From contig OX597824.1 in NCBI GenBank assembly GCA_951406725.2, positions 71,672,001-71,736,000 on the forward strand: DNA of 64,000 nt, in the 5' to 3' direction. Made by a program: the position numbers and the translations under genes. The DNA comes from Octopus vulgaris. Taxonomy: Eukaryota. Each line of letters starts with the position of its first letter. Position 1 is the stretch's first letter. This document shows positions 1 through 64,000 of this stretch, piece after piece. The notes under the pieces are model-generated. The model had not been told where the DNA came from, did no database searches, and saw only the letters and a program-made list of their open reading frames with translations.

Positions 1-974
1 GAAGACATCACAAATGAAAGATGTCAATCATTACAACTAGAAAAAGGAACAAAGAACAAATTAAATGAAATTACTCAAACAGGAACCATTTTATAGAATA
101 ATTAAATACACACATTCACATACAACACATGCATACAACTCTCCTAATTTTGTTTTGAAAAGTTAAAAAACACTGGTTTTCCTATTTTCTCAATGATACT
201 TACATCCTTTACCAATATACAACTGCAAACAAACTTGTCTTATTGGAAACTGAATTTTGAAACCTGACCCCTTTAGCTCACATCAGTTACATCCATACAC
301 ACTTTTCTTTGCTGATGGTTTGAGCCAAACAGCATTAGCCTTAACAGTTTCACCAGTATGGACAGGCATGCATAGTTTAAGGGTATAAAAAAGTTTATAT
401 ATCATCATTTATATATATAACAATTTAGAAAGTGATATGAAATAAATCGTTTTTCTTCTTTTTTTTTTTAATGATGGAACTCAAAAGTACATAAAGCTAT
501 AACTAACAGCACATAGAATATTTGGTTAAAAAAAAACCTTAGATGAAGAAAATTGAAAGCTGCCTGTGGGATACAAACTTACATCTGTAAACACAAGACA
601 TTCTACTATTGTACCAAAGCAACCCTTCGAAGTTTTTCCAATTATTTTAGAAGCTTTGATCTTAGTAGCAAAAACTGTAAGCTGTTTTTATCATAAACAT
701 TTAGAAACTTCAAATCGACCATTAAAAAAATATTTCACATATCTCAAACTACTACCTTTGGTTTATTATCCACAGATGATAACTCATATATCCGTATAAT
801 TCCATCTTCACCTCCAACAATGATTTTCAAACCGGTTTGACTGAAAGAAAGGTAAAAATTCCTTATGTAAAATATATATAAGTTATAATAAATTAATATT
901 AATTCCTTTTTAACTCAAGACAAAATTTATCTTTCTAAATGATGAGTGCAGACAAGACTAGTTAAAACACATCC

Positions 975-1307
975 CATATTTTCTGGCATATAGGGCACAC
1001 TCCCCCCCCCCAAGTCATCCATACCTTATATACTGAAGGTCAGGCTTTGAGTAGACTTGGTTAATGTTATTAACAATGGATGATACTGGTAACAGTGGCG
1101 ATCAGTAGTGATATTTGATAGTGTTAAGGTATTGTGAATCAACTTATCATGATAGCTACCAAAGGACGTTGGTCAAAATTGTCATGGTTCTTATACATGA
1201 AAATGTGCGAGATATTCAGCTTGGGGATTCAAGGTTAACTGCAATTTCTTTCTTGCAGATTAGGCCTGCCAAATTTGGGGTGTGCCTTATATGCCCCAAA
1301 ATACAAT
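975..1307. mobile_element. Decayed pogo/Tc2-like MITE
   Basis: Inverted repeats atattttctggcatatagggcacac / gtgtgccttatatgccccaaaatac. Confidence 0.55.
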
Positions 1308-4300
1308 ACTTTGCAACTATGTGATTTTAGGTTTCCATCTAACTACATGACACCTTTGACAAGTGTTTTCTACTAATAGCCTCAAGTTGACCAAGGCCTT
1401 TCAAGTGAAATTTAATAGAATAAATTATATGGAAGGATAGAAACAGAAGAAGTATTTCTGTTCCTGGAAAGAGACTTAATCCACTACTTAGTTCAGCATT
1501 ACCATATAACTCTTGGGTGTCATTAGTGAAGAACATCCTATTTCGAGTATTTAGTTAGGTCTTTGCTCTCTGGCCTGTCTTGGGAGGTTTGAAACGAGTC
1601 AAGGGTACAAGTACCTTCCATATTGGACAAAGTAATCAAAAACTATTAATTATATTTTTTTCTTGGGCTTGGGAGAAACTTCGGAAAATTCACACGGCTT
1701 TGTTTCCACATAACTTTCAAAAGGTTTTAATGAAATATTCAACAAATACCTTTCAAAGTGTGTATATTACGATTATATTCGAATTTGATTTGAAAAAAAT
1801 ATCTGTTGGGAACGTATACATACATCACGTATATCTACAAAATGAATCTTCAAATTTCGAAAAAGATTGTGATGTATCAGTATGTATGTGTGCGTGACCA
1901 CCATCTTTTGTTTTTTTTTCTACTTTAAATTCAGATATAACCATAATCTACGTACCCTGAAAGATATTTGTAGAACATTTCATTAAAAAAAATATCCATT
2001 TTCTGAAAGTTATGAGGATACTAAGTCGGGGAGGGGCGCACGTGTGCAAATATGCCATAAATGGTTCACTTACCTAAATAATGTAGATACTCTGAGAACA
2101 TTGAATCTTTCTTGAGTCTTAAAAGACTTCAGCAATTCCACGTTGTAAGTGTTTGACAAATTAAGTTTCATTGTCTATCGAGTTTCATTCGGTAAGCGAC
2201 ATATAAACATAACTCTTCCCGAAAGAGAGTACAAAAATACTTTATCCGGTGAGAACCTAAAACATATTCCTCATACTATTTTTGATATTGATATAAATTC
2301 CAGTGTTATTCATCCATACATTGTTGACATTTTAGAATTTTGATGTTGATCTTAGCCTATAACGCCGAGAAGCATTTAAAAAGTACTACAACTTCGTGGA
2401 GTATTTGAATGAATTTAAGACGTTCCTACCATATGGACGTGAAGTTCATCGCTGTTTATTTATTAAATTATATAATTTTATGTAAATTTCTTTTTTTTTA
2501 GAAAGATAACAAAATCCTCTAACCAGTTAAGTGATGGAAAGACACAAGAACATTTTCTATTTTAATTGTATTAATGTCGATTTCTTGTTTCTTAGCCACA
2601 GCTAAACTTAATCGAGTAGACCTATAATAAAGGCATTCTTATGCGGTCGTTTCCAAGTAGGGATGGACTATAATAATCCAGTCGTCTGTTATTTTATTAA
2701 TTGCAGTCATAGAACTACGACCAAGCTGGGGCACCATCTCAAAGTCTTTTTCTTAATTAATCATATCAACCCTAATACGTATTTCAATCTAGTATTTATT
2801 TTGTCGATCTCTGTTTGTTGAGTCATTAAGGTACAGGACACAATGCCGCTATAAAACTACCCATTAAAAGAAAGATAAAACCAGCGTGTGAGTATGATTT
2901 GGTAACGTACCATGCTTTCATTAATTGCTTTAGGTACCTACATAACCGCAAATAAACACCCTCTTGACTACCCAACCCTTTTACCAAACAGTACACCAGT
3001 ACAACTGGAGAGAGAGTCTATAATGAGAAGTTAGAAGAATGTTCCTAGACTCAAGAATGAGAATACCAGTTTGTACATGGTAGCTGAAATACTGTATCAA
3101 GAAGTTGCAGCCAAGATGCTGAGTTGGTTATGGTACATGTCATACATGAAGTTGTGGCTGTGATACTGCTGCCTGGGTCACTTGGTACAGGAGTTCTCGC
3201 AGGTTGTATACTCGCTGTTGATCCATGGTGAAGTCATTCACAAACATTAAAATGTTGGAACCTGGGTGAGTTGCTTCTTGAGCTGTGTATGTAGAGAGAT
3301 GATGTTGACAACGTTAAGAAGATGATGTTGGTGACAAAGAAAGAGATTGTTGTAATGCTGTTGGACGAAGTTGGTTAGTCTTAGCATGACTGCTGTTGTG
3401 TTGTTGCTGGAACTGGCTGTGCCTTGTGTGGTCAGTGGCTAGACCTTAAAAGGTCTGAAACCAAAGACCTTGAGACAAGAAGCTAGGTTTTTTTTATTAG
3501 GAGCTGTAGACTCAAAACTGGGTTGTGAACAGGCTACTCATGTGATTTTATTTAGAGTCTCTGATTGGTTATATGCTGCAAATTGGCACAACAGAGTAAA
3601 AGACAAATTGCGTCAATACCAACCAATCAGAGTAGTGGACACAACGGGGTTCAAATAGCGGTCAAAGGCTAGCTGTTACCTGCTACATTCGAATGCTCAT
3701 ATATATAATAAAGGGGAGTGAGGAATTTCACTCGAATGTACACTACAAACATTCTATTGTTTTGGGAAATGGTAATCTTCATATGTATCTATTTCAGAAT
3801 AATTGCATCTCTTCAGAGAAGATATACCACCATTCTTCAGCCACCCATACATATCATCATCATCATTGACATCTACTCTCCATGCTTGCATGGGTTGGAC
3901 AGTTCAACAAGGTCCAACACTTGGCGGGGACTGTATTGTGCTCCACTGTTATTTTTTGGTGCAGTTTCTTCTACTGGAGTCCCTTCCTAATGTCAGTAAA
4001 TTTATAGTGCTTTTCTCATTAAACCACAGAGCATTAGTGAAGTTGCTCTGTGGCCCTTATAACTGATGAATTGCAGAGAGAAAGGGCAATGATTTTAGAC
4101 AAGGTGATGAAAGAGGGTAAAATATGAGTGTAGTAGACTCAATTCCAAGTCTTAATTATGGACTTTGAGCCACAACTCTTTCACTTGAAAGGCCAAGTTA
4201 TCAGCCAATCAGTGGTCGATTTTCATATGATAGGTTCTCCAGAGTTTTCTAGATTGTTTTCCGTAATATGCTTATAAATAGAGTTGTAAAAGGTACCAAA

Positions 4301-5275
4301 CTCCAGTATGTGCTAGGTTGCAGTTACCCCTCTGAATAGTTGTTTTAACAACTGCATGTTTGACACATGTGAGGGCAGATATGAAGAGATGTGTATATAT
4401 ATATATATATAAGTGGGGGTGTGTATGTGTGAAAGCTATATCAGTGGAAATGAAGAATATAACCAGCCGAAATTGCAAAGATAATCTGGAACTCGACTGA
4501 AGAAAGAAAACTCTGAATGACCTGTCCTTGTTTTTTCTTGTCTCCTTTTTGTATCATCCGCTTGGAAGTTTTGCATTCTTGTCCCATTTTTTGTACTCCT
4601 TTTTATATACATATGGTGGCATATGTACACTTTGGTCTCTTATATGAAAGTACATATATAAATATTCCCCCCAAGACTCACTTTTTAAATATTACAATGA
4701 GATGTACTGAACATTTGATAATTTTTTGAAAAATAATCCTTAGTGGCATTCTGGTTGCATTCAGGCTCTTACGCCGATGATTTATTATATAATAAATTCA
4801 TGAATATTTTTTCTTTATTTTATCAAAATTATACAACTGCTCTAGTAGGAGAAAAAAAATCCAAAACAAAGAAAATTGAATAAGTGAACAAACACAATTA
4901 GATATATGTTTTAATATTTTATTGCTTTATCAATTAAATCATCCACTTTTTTTTTATTTTATCAAATAGCCAAATGAACTTCAATTGTTCATATATATAT
5001 ATATATGCATATGCATGTGTGTGTATATATATGTATGGATGTATATATATGTTTGCTGAACCAAGTCAAAAGTAGACTAATCAAGAAATATCAGGTCGTT
5101 ATATTTGAAATGCCATACTTCTCTTCCAGAGTTCAAATCACACCAAAAATTGTCTTAACCTTTCGTTCACAGAGGTTTGATAAGTTAAATAACAATAATA
5201 TACTAGAAGGTGAATGTTTGTGTGAGTGTGTGTGTGTAGTTTAACTGACTTGAATGCTTGAATAAAGCACTGAAA

Positions 5276-5671
5276 TCTTTATATATAAAAGTGAAGTTGT
5301 GTGTCTGTCTCCTACGATTTAGATTCCTAACTACTCCCACATTTTGTGGTGCAGTGTAACCAAAAGTGGGTATCTTATAGTCGTGATTCATATCGAGCCC
5401 TTCTGGGTATTAGCACGTGTCTACGATGAGTCTACGATTTAAAAAAAAATTTACCATCATTTTTCCCCATTTTTAATGCATTTTTTTTGCTATTATATAA
5501 GGGAAGTAACTCTCTAAAAATGTATTATTAAATCTCAGAACGTAAAAAGCTACAGTAACACTCCCCTTTGTGGTTAGTCATATTGAGATGGTTATTATAC
5601 TTTACATCTCTAAAAATGCTTATATAGTTATTTTCCTTACAAACCCAAGCAACGCCAGGCGATACTGCTAG
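5276..5671 (+). mobile_element. Non-autonomous Helitron
   Basis: A|TC start, CTAG|T end, degenerate subterminal hairpin ccc-aagcaacgcc-agg; paralogue at 53543. Confidence 0.85.
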
Positions 5672-6920
5672 TAAAACATAAAATTAACAGTGCCTAGTTA
5701 AGAGATATGTGAGTGTGTGAGAAAGAAAGAGCTAACATCCATACTCCCTGCATCACTTTCATATTTATATTGCACTAAACATTTTACATACAACAACCTG
5801 ATATTTTCATAATGAACACAGATTGGAAAATGAAATAAAAAAAAAAAATTAAAATTAAAAAAATATATTTGAGTAAATTTTTTTCTGTTATGTAAATTGT
5901 CAATCACAGATAATCAGTGGAATATTAAGACATTTTCAATAGAAATCTCAAGAAAAAAACAAAACAAAAAAAACAAAAAAAAATACCCAGAAACCTCTAA
6001 TAAATGGGATAAATGGGGAAAAATAAAAATAAAACTAAAATATGAAACAAAACGGTGAAGGATTAAAAAAAAGCATCACAAGCACACACACATGCACAAA
6101 GGCATAAAATACATATATATATATATATGATGATGATGATGATATATATATGTATATATATACACCGATAAATAGATATAGACACATATATAGCAGTGCT
6201 TTAGGTCAGAATATTTACAGATTAAAACTAAATATTATCAATTTTGTTGACCATGTACATTTATTATCACATATAAGCCTGAATATGTTCTATTTAAAGT
6301 CAATACCAAGATCAATGTTTTTCTTTAAAAAAAAATATAAAGTACATAATAATTATCGTCTGATTTTTAGTGAAAGAAAACTGTGTACAGCAGCTCCCAT
6401 GTAAGGTGGAAAGGCTCTGGCATACATGGTTTTACTTTTATGACTGGTTAAGAATGGAGACTTTTGTCATTTACTCTCTGCCAATTCAGGTGTACCTCCT
6501 GAGGTAACACACACACACACAATATACATAAGTTGATTTATGCCAGATGAATGAGAGAGGAGTGATCAAGTTGAAGAGGATGTGTGTGTTTGTGGTGGGG
6601 TTAGTAAAACTGAAAGTTTATCTCATGACTCAAGTTTCAAGTCACTGCAACTTTCAGGCAGGAACAGATACAACTTGGTACTGATGGTGAATTTATATCC
6701 ATTGCACTGTATGCATGTGGTTTAGTGCATGTTTTTCATTAGTTTGTGCTTCAGATTTATTGACTGGGTACTGTTTGGTTGGTTTCTTCATTGTTTTGGT
6801 TATTTTCATGTGAATTGTTGTATTTTTAATTCTTGTAATTATTGGTGGGAGTATTGTCTAGTGCTTGTGTTCATTTGCTTTTCATGTTGACTGAGTGCAT
6901 GTGTGTGTTTGTATATATAT

Positions 6921-6970
<50 letters not shown>

Positions 6971-7032
6971 GCTGATGTTGAACAGTGAAAATGAGTGCCC
7001 AACACTGCATTGGTGGATAAATATTGTTTACT

Positions 7033-7247
7033 TGTGAGTTAACAAGGCGACCAATGGTTTCACGTGAAGATATCTTCACAATTCTTCACAATTGTTTAAG
7101 CATGCCACATGAAAGTATAGGTTCTCATCTCCATTTTGGTTGAGAATTCTCAACCAAAATGGAGATAAGTACCAATACTTTCATGTAAAATGCTTGAACA
7201 ATTGTGAAGATCTCTTCACGTGAAACCATTGGTTGCCTTATTAAACC

Positions 7248-7251
<4 letters not shown>
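7033..7251. repeat. Spacer-less long inverted repeat (palindrome) centred on GAATTC
   Basis: Perfect 40-bp core 7127-7166; arms align over ~105 bp each. Confidence 0.93.
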
Positions 7252-7287
<36 letters not shown>

Positions 7288-8509
7288 TTTGTGTGTGGTT
7301 TAAATCCTCCTAACCCTCCATATCATTAGTATAACATGTTTTGCAACAGTTTACCTAGCACACATCTTCATCTAGTCTGATCATGGGTTACCTGGAAGTA
7401 TTATTCAGATAGTGGAATATGAATGAACAATGCAACTTTCCATTACACCAGCCCATAATAGGGCAGGTAATTATTCTTCACTCAGTTTAATAACTGGAGA
7501 ACTGGTGGCAGTGTTCAGAAATCAGAAAGAGGTTATAATGAAATTGTTTCCTCTCTTCGTCTAATCAATGGACTTATACTGGCCAAGTATTATTACTCAA
7601 GAAGACAATTCTGGCAAAAATTATGGCTTCTAAACAACCAGAAAGAAGAAAAAAAAAAAAGGTACATTCACCAGGAGTTCCATATTCCCACCTTACCCAA
7701 GCTATACAGTGCAACACTGAGGGAGCCATAATGCAGTCACTTGACCTGCAAGAAGTGGCAACTAAATATCCCTCAAATAACATCCCAAACATTTTTTTAA
7801 AAAAAGACACATTGAACAAGGCAGTCCTAGATCTCTGAAAACAAACAATGAGACAGTAATAGCCTTTTGTTATAGGTGTGCTTAATCAGGTTTGATCTGA
7901 AGGCTAAACAACAGTACATTTAATGGAGTAACTGGTGATTAGTAGATGGAAACAATGGTGTAGGAATTCGTTTGACTTAAATTTGAGTAAATGTGAAAAA
8001 ACAAAAAAATAAAATGAAATTTGAACAAAATGGCAGAAGAGATAAAGTTCATGAGACAACACCATTATGCGATTTATTATGTCACTGCTAGCAGGACACC
8101 TATTTCTATATGATGATTTCTTACATAGGCACCAGGCCCCTCATATATAGAGGATGAATATACATGATTTAATACAACTCGTTATTAAAAGGTTATTTAT
8201 TTTATCAACCATGGAAAGATGAATGGCAAAGTCAACATTGGTGGGATTTGAACTCAAAGCACAAAGGTACACAACTAAGTACAAGGCATTTTGTCACTCT
8301 GCTGATCCTACCAACCCACCAGTCTAAAATCCGACTGGTAGGATTTGGTATTAGTCTTTACTAGGAAAGTTATTAACGATACATTTACAGTCTTACTGCA
8401 ACACTGCAGAAACTATGGAACCTTGGGCTTTTTAAAAGGGGTAAATTTCTCGAGTTCTTTTTTTCTATGGTAACTCAAGAGGATAGTTTTGTATTTCACA
8501 AAATATGAC

Positions 8510-8815
8510 AGTAAACACATATATATACACAAATACATACATATGCACACACACATACATATATATATACACACATATATATATATAAGAACATACATAT
8601 ATAAACACACATATATATACACACATTCATACAAATACATATATGTAAATATATACATGCAAACATACATACATACATACACATATATATATATACACAC
8701 ATGCAAACATACATATATATGTATGTAAATATATACTTGCAACAATACATATATATATATATACATACATACACATACATATATATTATATACACACTTT
8801 TATACAAACACATTT
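8510..8815. repeat. Degenerate (TA)/(CA) microsatellite field
   Basis: Directly visible; explains the spurious Y/I/C/V ORFs. Confidence 0.9.
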
Positions 8816-11335
8816 ATTACATTTTGGGAATGGTTTTGGAAGCCCATTGATTATGAGAAGAAAAAAAATCTATTCAGTTTATCATTTCATAGAAATGAAG
8901 GATTTTACAATTTTTTTCCTTTTAATACTTTTTCAAAAATAATCAAACCCAAGGAAATGTCTCTTCACATTTTCCTCTTTTCTTTTCGTCATTTCAATCA
9001 AATTCGCCATTGTTTCTTTTACATTTATAACAAAAAAATAATTTGCTCCATTCATTATACTTTTTTTCATTTACTATGAACAATACCAAATCACCAAATT
9101 CTGAGAACATACCGATATTATATATCTATACATATGTATGTATGTATATATAAATATTATGTATATATATATATGTATATTATATATACAGATACATAGA
9201 TACATATAATACATATACACACATATAATAAATACTTACATATATATATACACATATAATAAATACTTACATATATATATATACACACATACACGCACAG
9301 TAATTTTTGTGAAGTAAACAGCATTATACTGTGCTCTGTGACCAAAACATTTAACTCTGTTGCTGCCCTCCAACTTCATTTCCGAAAGCACTTACTTACA
9401 AAATTGGTATAAATTATCATGATTTAAATTATCATAAGATATTCATAAATTATGAGGACGTACTCTTCATCTGTGTCAGGTAACAGGAATACTATAGATG
9501 TCATGCCAGCCTGCAGTATCGAGTAAAACATCCTCCAATGTTCATACAGACTTGTAATAGGCAGCAGGGAGAGGGGGAAAAGAACCATAGCTAATGTGTG
9601 TGTGTGTATGCATGTATGTATACATAAATACATATATATATATATACACACACATCTTTCCTTGTATCGCTCTGTGAATACCAAAATCTTTCAGTGAGAG
9701 TTCCAAAGACTTGAGTAATAGAACAAATCGTTATCATCATCATCATCATCATTTTATAAATATGTCTTAATTCTTCAGTTCATTATCGTAGCAGCATAGG
9801 AGACAGAAATGGTTATCTTCATGAAATAAACTTTTACAACTTGGTTACTGTGTTGCATATAAATATCACCTTTCATTTACCTTTTTCTTTTTAAGATTTG
9901 CAATAATGTAGGGTCACCACAGCCCCCTTACATAGTTTGTATCTGGCTTCCAACATTAATAAGCTTTTGTAAGATAACCAATAATGTTTTGAATAATATA
10001 GAATTTTCAAAAATAATTCAAAGATAACCTTCAGTGCTATACAGAATCTCTAACTGTATGGAGTTGATGCACTGAAATATTAAACCAAAGAACTTAGTAT
10101 TAATTCTTTGAAATTTTCTTTGTAGACTTCTTCATAAAACTTAAGCATTGATCACAACATTTTTCTTTTGTTATATTACTAGAATTGTGATTAATTTTCC
10201 TTTTACATTTTTATTCAAAATCCTTTTTTTTTCTATTATTTTTTTTTGTTTTTCAAATTTCTTTTTGGTTACTTTAACATCACAATTATTTTATAATTTT
10301 CAGGAAATAATTTCTTTCTTGGATAAAAAAATAAAAATCAAGCAACCAAAAATTAATACTTAAATTATTTCAGATATAAAAATAGCAAGATGAAAATGAA
10401 AAAGAAAATGGTAATAGTCAATCTTTCTTTCTTTCTTTTCATTTCATTTCATATTTGTGAAGTTTTGATCTTTCATATTCAAACTGGCTAAGTCTGGCTG
10501 ATATAAAGACAACATTATTAATTCAATTTGGCCACACTGAGTCTTGCTAACACATTAACTTTGATAACAGACATGCCTCTTTCCTACACCAAACCAAATA
10601 GAAATCCCAGACTTGGTCTTGCTAACAATTTACTTTTGGTAGTAGAACCACCCAGAGAGATTTAGTGAGAGGACATAAAGAGATGCAACTAATTACCATA
10701 AGGCATTTACTCTGACGCTCTTTTGATTCTGCCACTCACTGTCTCCATTGCAAAATTTATCCCCGTTCCCAAATTTTTCCAAAATATTCATGTAAAATTA
10801 TATATGCATTTGTATGTGCATACACACATACACACACACACAAACACACGCACAGTTATAAATATTCTTTAAATTTATATATTATTGTTTTTCTTTTCAA
10901 TTTCATTTGAAAGCAGACATTAGATATATACATTCTAGCAGTTAATAGAATAATCATTTTAATAAATGAAACTGAAATAATTCTTTTTGCATAAGACAAA
11001 ATGAAAAAAGAAACATCCACACGTATGTGTGAGTGTGTGTGTGTGTATGAATGTGCATGTGTATGCATGTATGTATTGCTGGGCTTTGAATTTGATCAGT
11101 GATATATATCCAATCTTACTCCTGTGGCAGCTTGAATGGGCAGGCTATCAGTTGTTATCTTAATGCGGTGGCAGAGACTGAAAAGAAATAAGGAGAAAAT
11201 GTATTAAAAAACAGGAAAAACTAAAACAAAAAGCAAAAGGGTGCCCAGGTATAAGGCCATGAATATATGTGAGGGAGCAAGCATAGCCCTCTGGTTATGA
11301 TATTCAATTCACAATCACTTCAGTTTTACTTTTAG

Positions 11336-11557
11336 CCCTTTCGTTACCGTATTTATTTTGAGATTTCCCCTGTAGTTCTTTCAATTACTTTAAATATAAC
11401 AATGAATTTAGTAAAATAACTTGGTTATCATTAACCTAGTGTTAGGAACATAAATTACGACTAAGGTTTGGTGGCAGATTTTATCAGAACTTTTGAAAAC
11501 AAGACATTTGTACTACAAAAGTGAAAGGCGGTTTCAGCCGGGTTGGTATCGAAAGGG
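11336..11557. mobile_element. piggyBac-like MITE family B (~220 bp)
   Basis: ccctttcgttacc...ggtatcgaaaggg|TTAA; reverse copy at 63715. Confidence 0.8.
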
Positions 11558-12287
11558 TTAAAGCCTGAATATTTGAGTAAGCGTCAATCTGTTTGACTAA
11601 AACCTTATAAGGTAGGCCCCAGCATGGCTACAGTCCAATGACTGAAACAAAAGATGAATAATCAACTTAATACAGCACCTAGTTTAACACCACCTGGCTT
11701 TGGATACCTTTAATTGACTCCACTATATAACAGGTATTTGGACCAAATCTCTAGTTTGAGGACAACTCATTATATTAATTAATTTGTAATTTTGTGTGTG
11801 TGTGTGCATGCATATCTGTTTGTCTTTATGTATTTAGCATTGACACCATGTAGGCAGAAGTCTGTGATGATGTTTATGTCCTGCATAAGCAAAAATTCTG
11901 GTGGCTTGACTAATTCAACATGCAATTGTGTGGAATAAAGTATTTCCTTGAAAACAAGTAAGAGCTGGTATCAGGAATAGCATGCAGCCATAGATAACTG
12001 CCTGAAGGAGTCTGTGCAGCATATGTCAGCATGGAAAAATGTAAATGTAAAATTACAAATGATGATGATGATGATAACATAACTTGCTTTTTTTTTAATG
12101 CCAATGATATCTCTGAATTATTTAATCACTAAACAATTTTATTTACTTACTTAACTCAATTACTAAATCCTTGTTTGAAAAACTATGATAAAAAAAACCA
12201 CACATTAAAAATAAAAGAAAAAGCATACTTACACAGTGAAAAAACATAATTCAAAACAAACAAAACACACCCTAATGTTTAGTTGAG

Positions 12288-63139
<50,852 letters not shown>

Positions 63140-63714
63140 CTACAAAACAAAATTAAAATAAAACAAACAATATAAGAACTAAATAACTTAAAGTGGTTGG
63201 TTGGTTGGGTTGTTAGTTGGCTGGTTGGTTAGATTCAACATAAAACTCCATGTATAATATACACATTTTTCACCAGAACCAAGATTAAAATTAATTATGC
63301 AAGATGTGCATAATATATATTATTAAATGATATAGTTCACATTCACTTTCATAATGATATAGGATAATAAGGTAATAATATTTTATTATTTTTCAGATTA
63401 TATTTAATTACATAAAATATTTTATGTAAAAGTAAATATTAAAAATGAATATATTGGTATTTTACATATAGGAGGATTATCTACTCTTGAAGCAGTTAAG
63501 CAACACCGTATAGTATACACAACAGTTTAGGCCCCCAACAATAGCAAGATGTGTATGATATATGATAGCATATTATACATGGACATATATGATAATTAAT
63601 GTGATAGGTCTATTGTGATTGACAGGTGGAATGCAGTGTAGTATGTTGTGGTGTGATGTCATGTGTTACAGCTGGCATTTTTCATTGGCTATTAGATAAG
63701 TCTCAGTATCTTAA

Positions 63715-63934
63715 CCCTTTCGTTACCAACCCGGTTGAAACCGGCTTTGGCTCTAAGTACAAATGTCTTGTTTTCATAAGTTTTGAATTAAAATCTTCCA
63801 GCAAACTGTAGTCAAAATTTATGTTCCTAACACTAGCTGAATGATAACTAAGTTATTTTACTAAATTCTTTGTTATATTTAAAGTAATTGAAAGAAACAC
63901 AGAGCATCTCAAAATAAATACAGTAACGAAAGGG
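63715..63934. mobile_element. piggyBac-like MITE family B
   Basis: TTAA|ccctttcgttac...gtaacgaaaggg 12-bp TIR. Confidence 0.8.
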
Positions 63935-64000
63935 TTAGTATAAAAGAACAAAATATAAGCTTCTATCAAGCCAACACTATAACCACTTTGTTACCTTGTT

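Noticed and set aside
1-2900. Short plus-strand ORFs at the window start
   Set aside because: No motifs or splice-consistent structure; AT-rich intergenic or UTR-like DNA with MITE remnants
8413-8813. Overlapping ORFs rich in Y/I/C/V/H/T
   Set aside because: Translations of TA/CA microsatellite; the same applies at 27918-28399, 39470-39752 and 56862-57260

Overview
AT-rich, microsatellite- and SINE-dense animal genomic DNA; the repeat families strongly suggest a coleoid cephalopod (Octopus-like). The window is dominated by the 3' two-thirds of a minus-strand ZFYVE26 (spastizin/SPG15) orthologue. I traced 27 coding exons by hand from 63139 down to a TAA stop at 12288-12290. All have GT-AG boundaries and consistent phases, giving about 1594 aa including a FYVE domain; the 5' end lies beyond the right edge. 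Introns and downstream DNA contain a decayed mariner, a decayed Tc1, three non-autonomous Helitrons, TTAA-flanked piggyBac-like MITEs, a hAT MITE, R4/Dong-like and RTE LINE fragments, and at least three tRNA-derived SINE families. The most notable items are a spacer-less ~220-bp palindrome downstream of the gene, a Penelope-type minimal hammerhead-ribozyme motif, a young 333-bp/37-bp tandem array fused to an RTE 3' tail, candidate extra or alternative exons, a putative spliced 3' UTR at the NMD threshold, and inverted SINE pairs bracketing exons. I did not find convincing evidence for a wholly new multi-gene system. All coordinates were counted by eye, and family assignments come from recalled motifs, not database searches.
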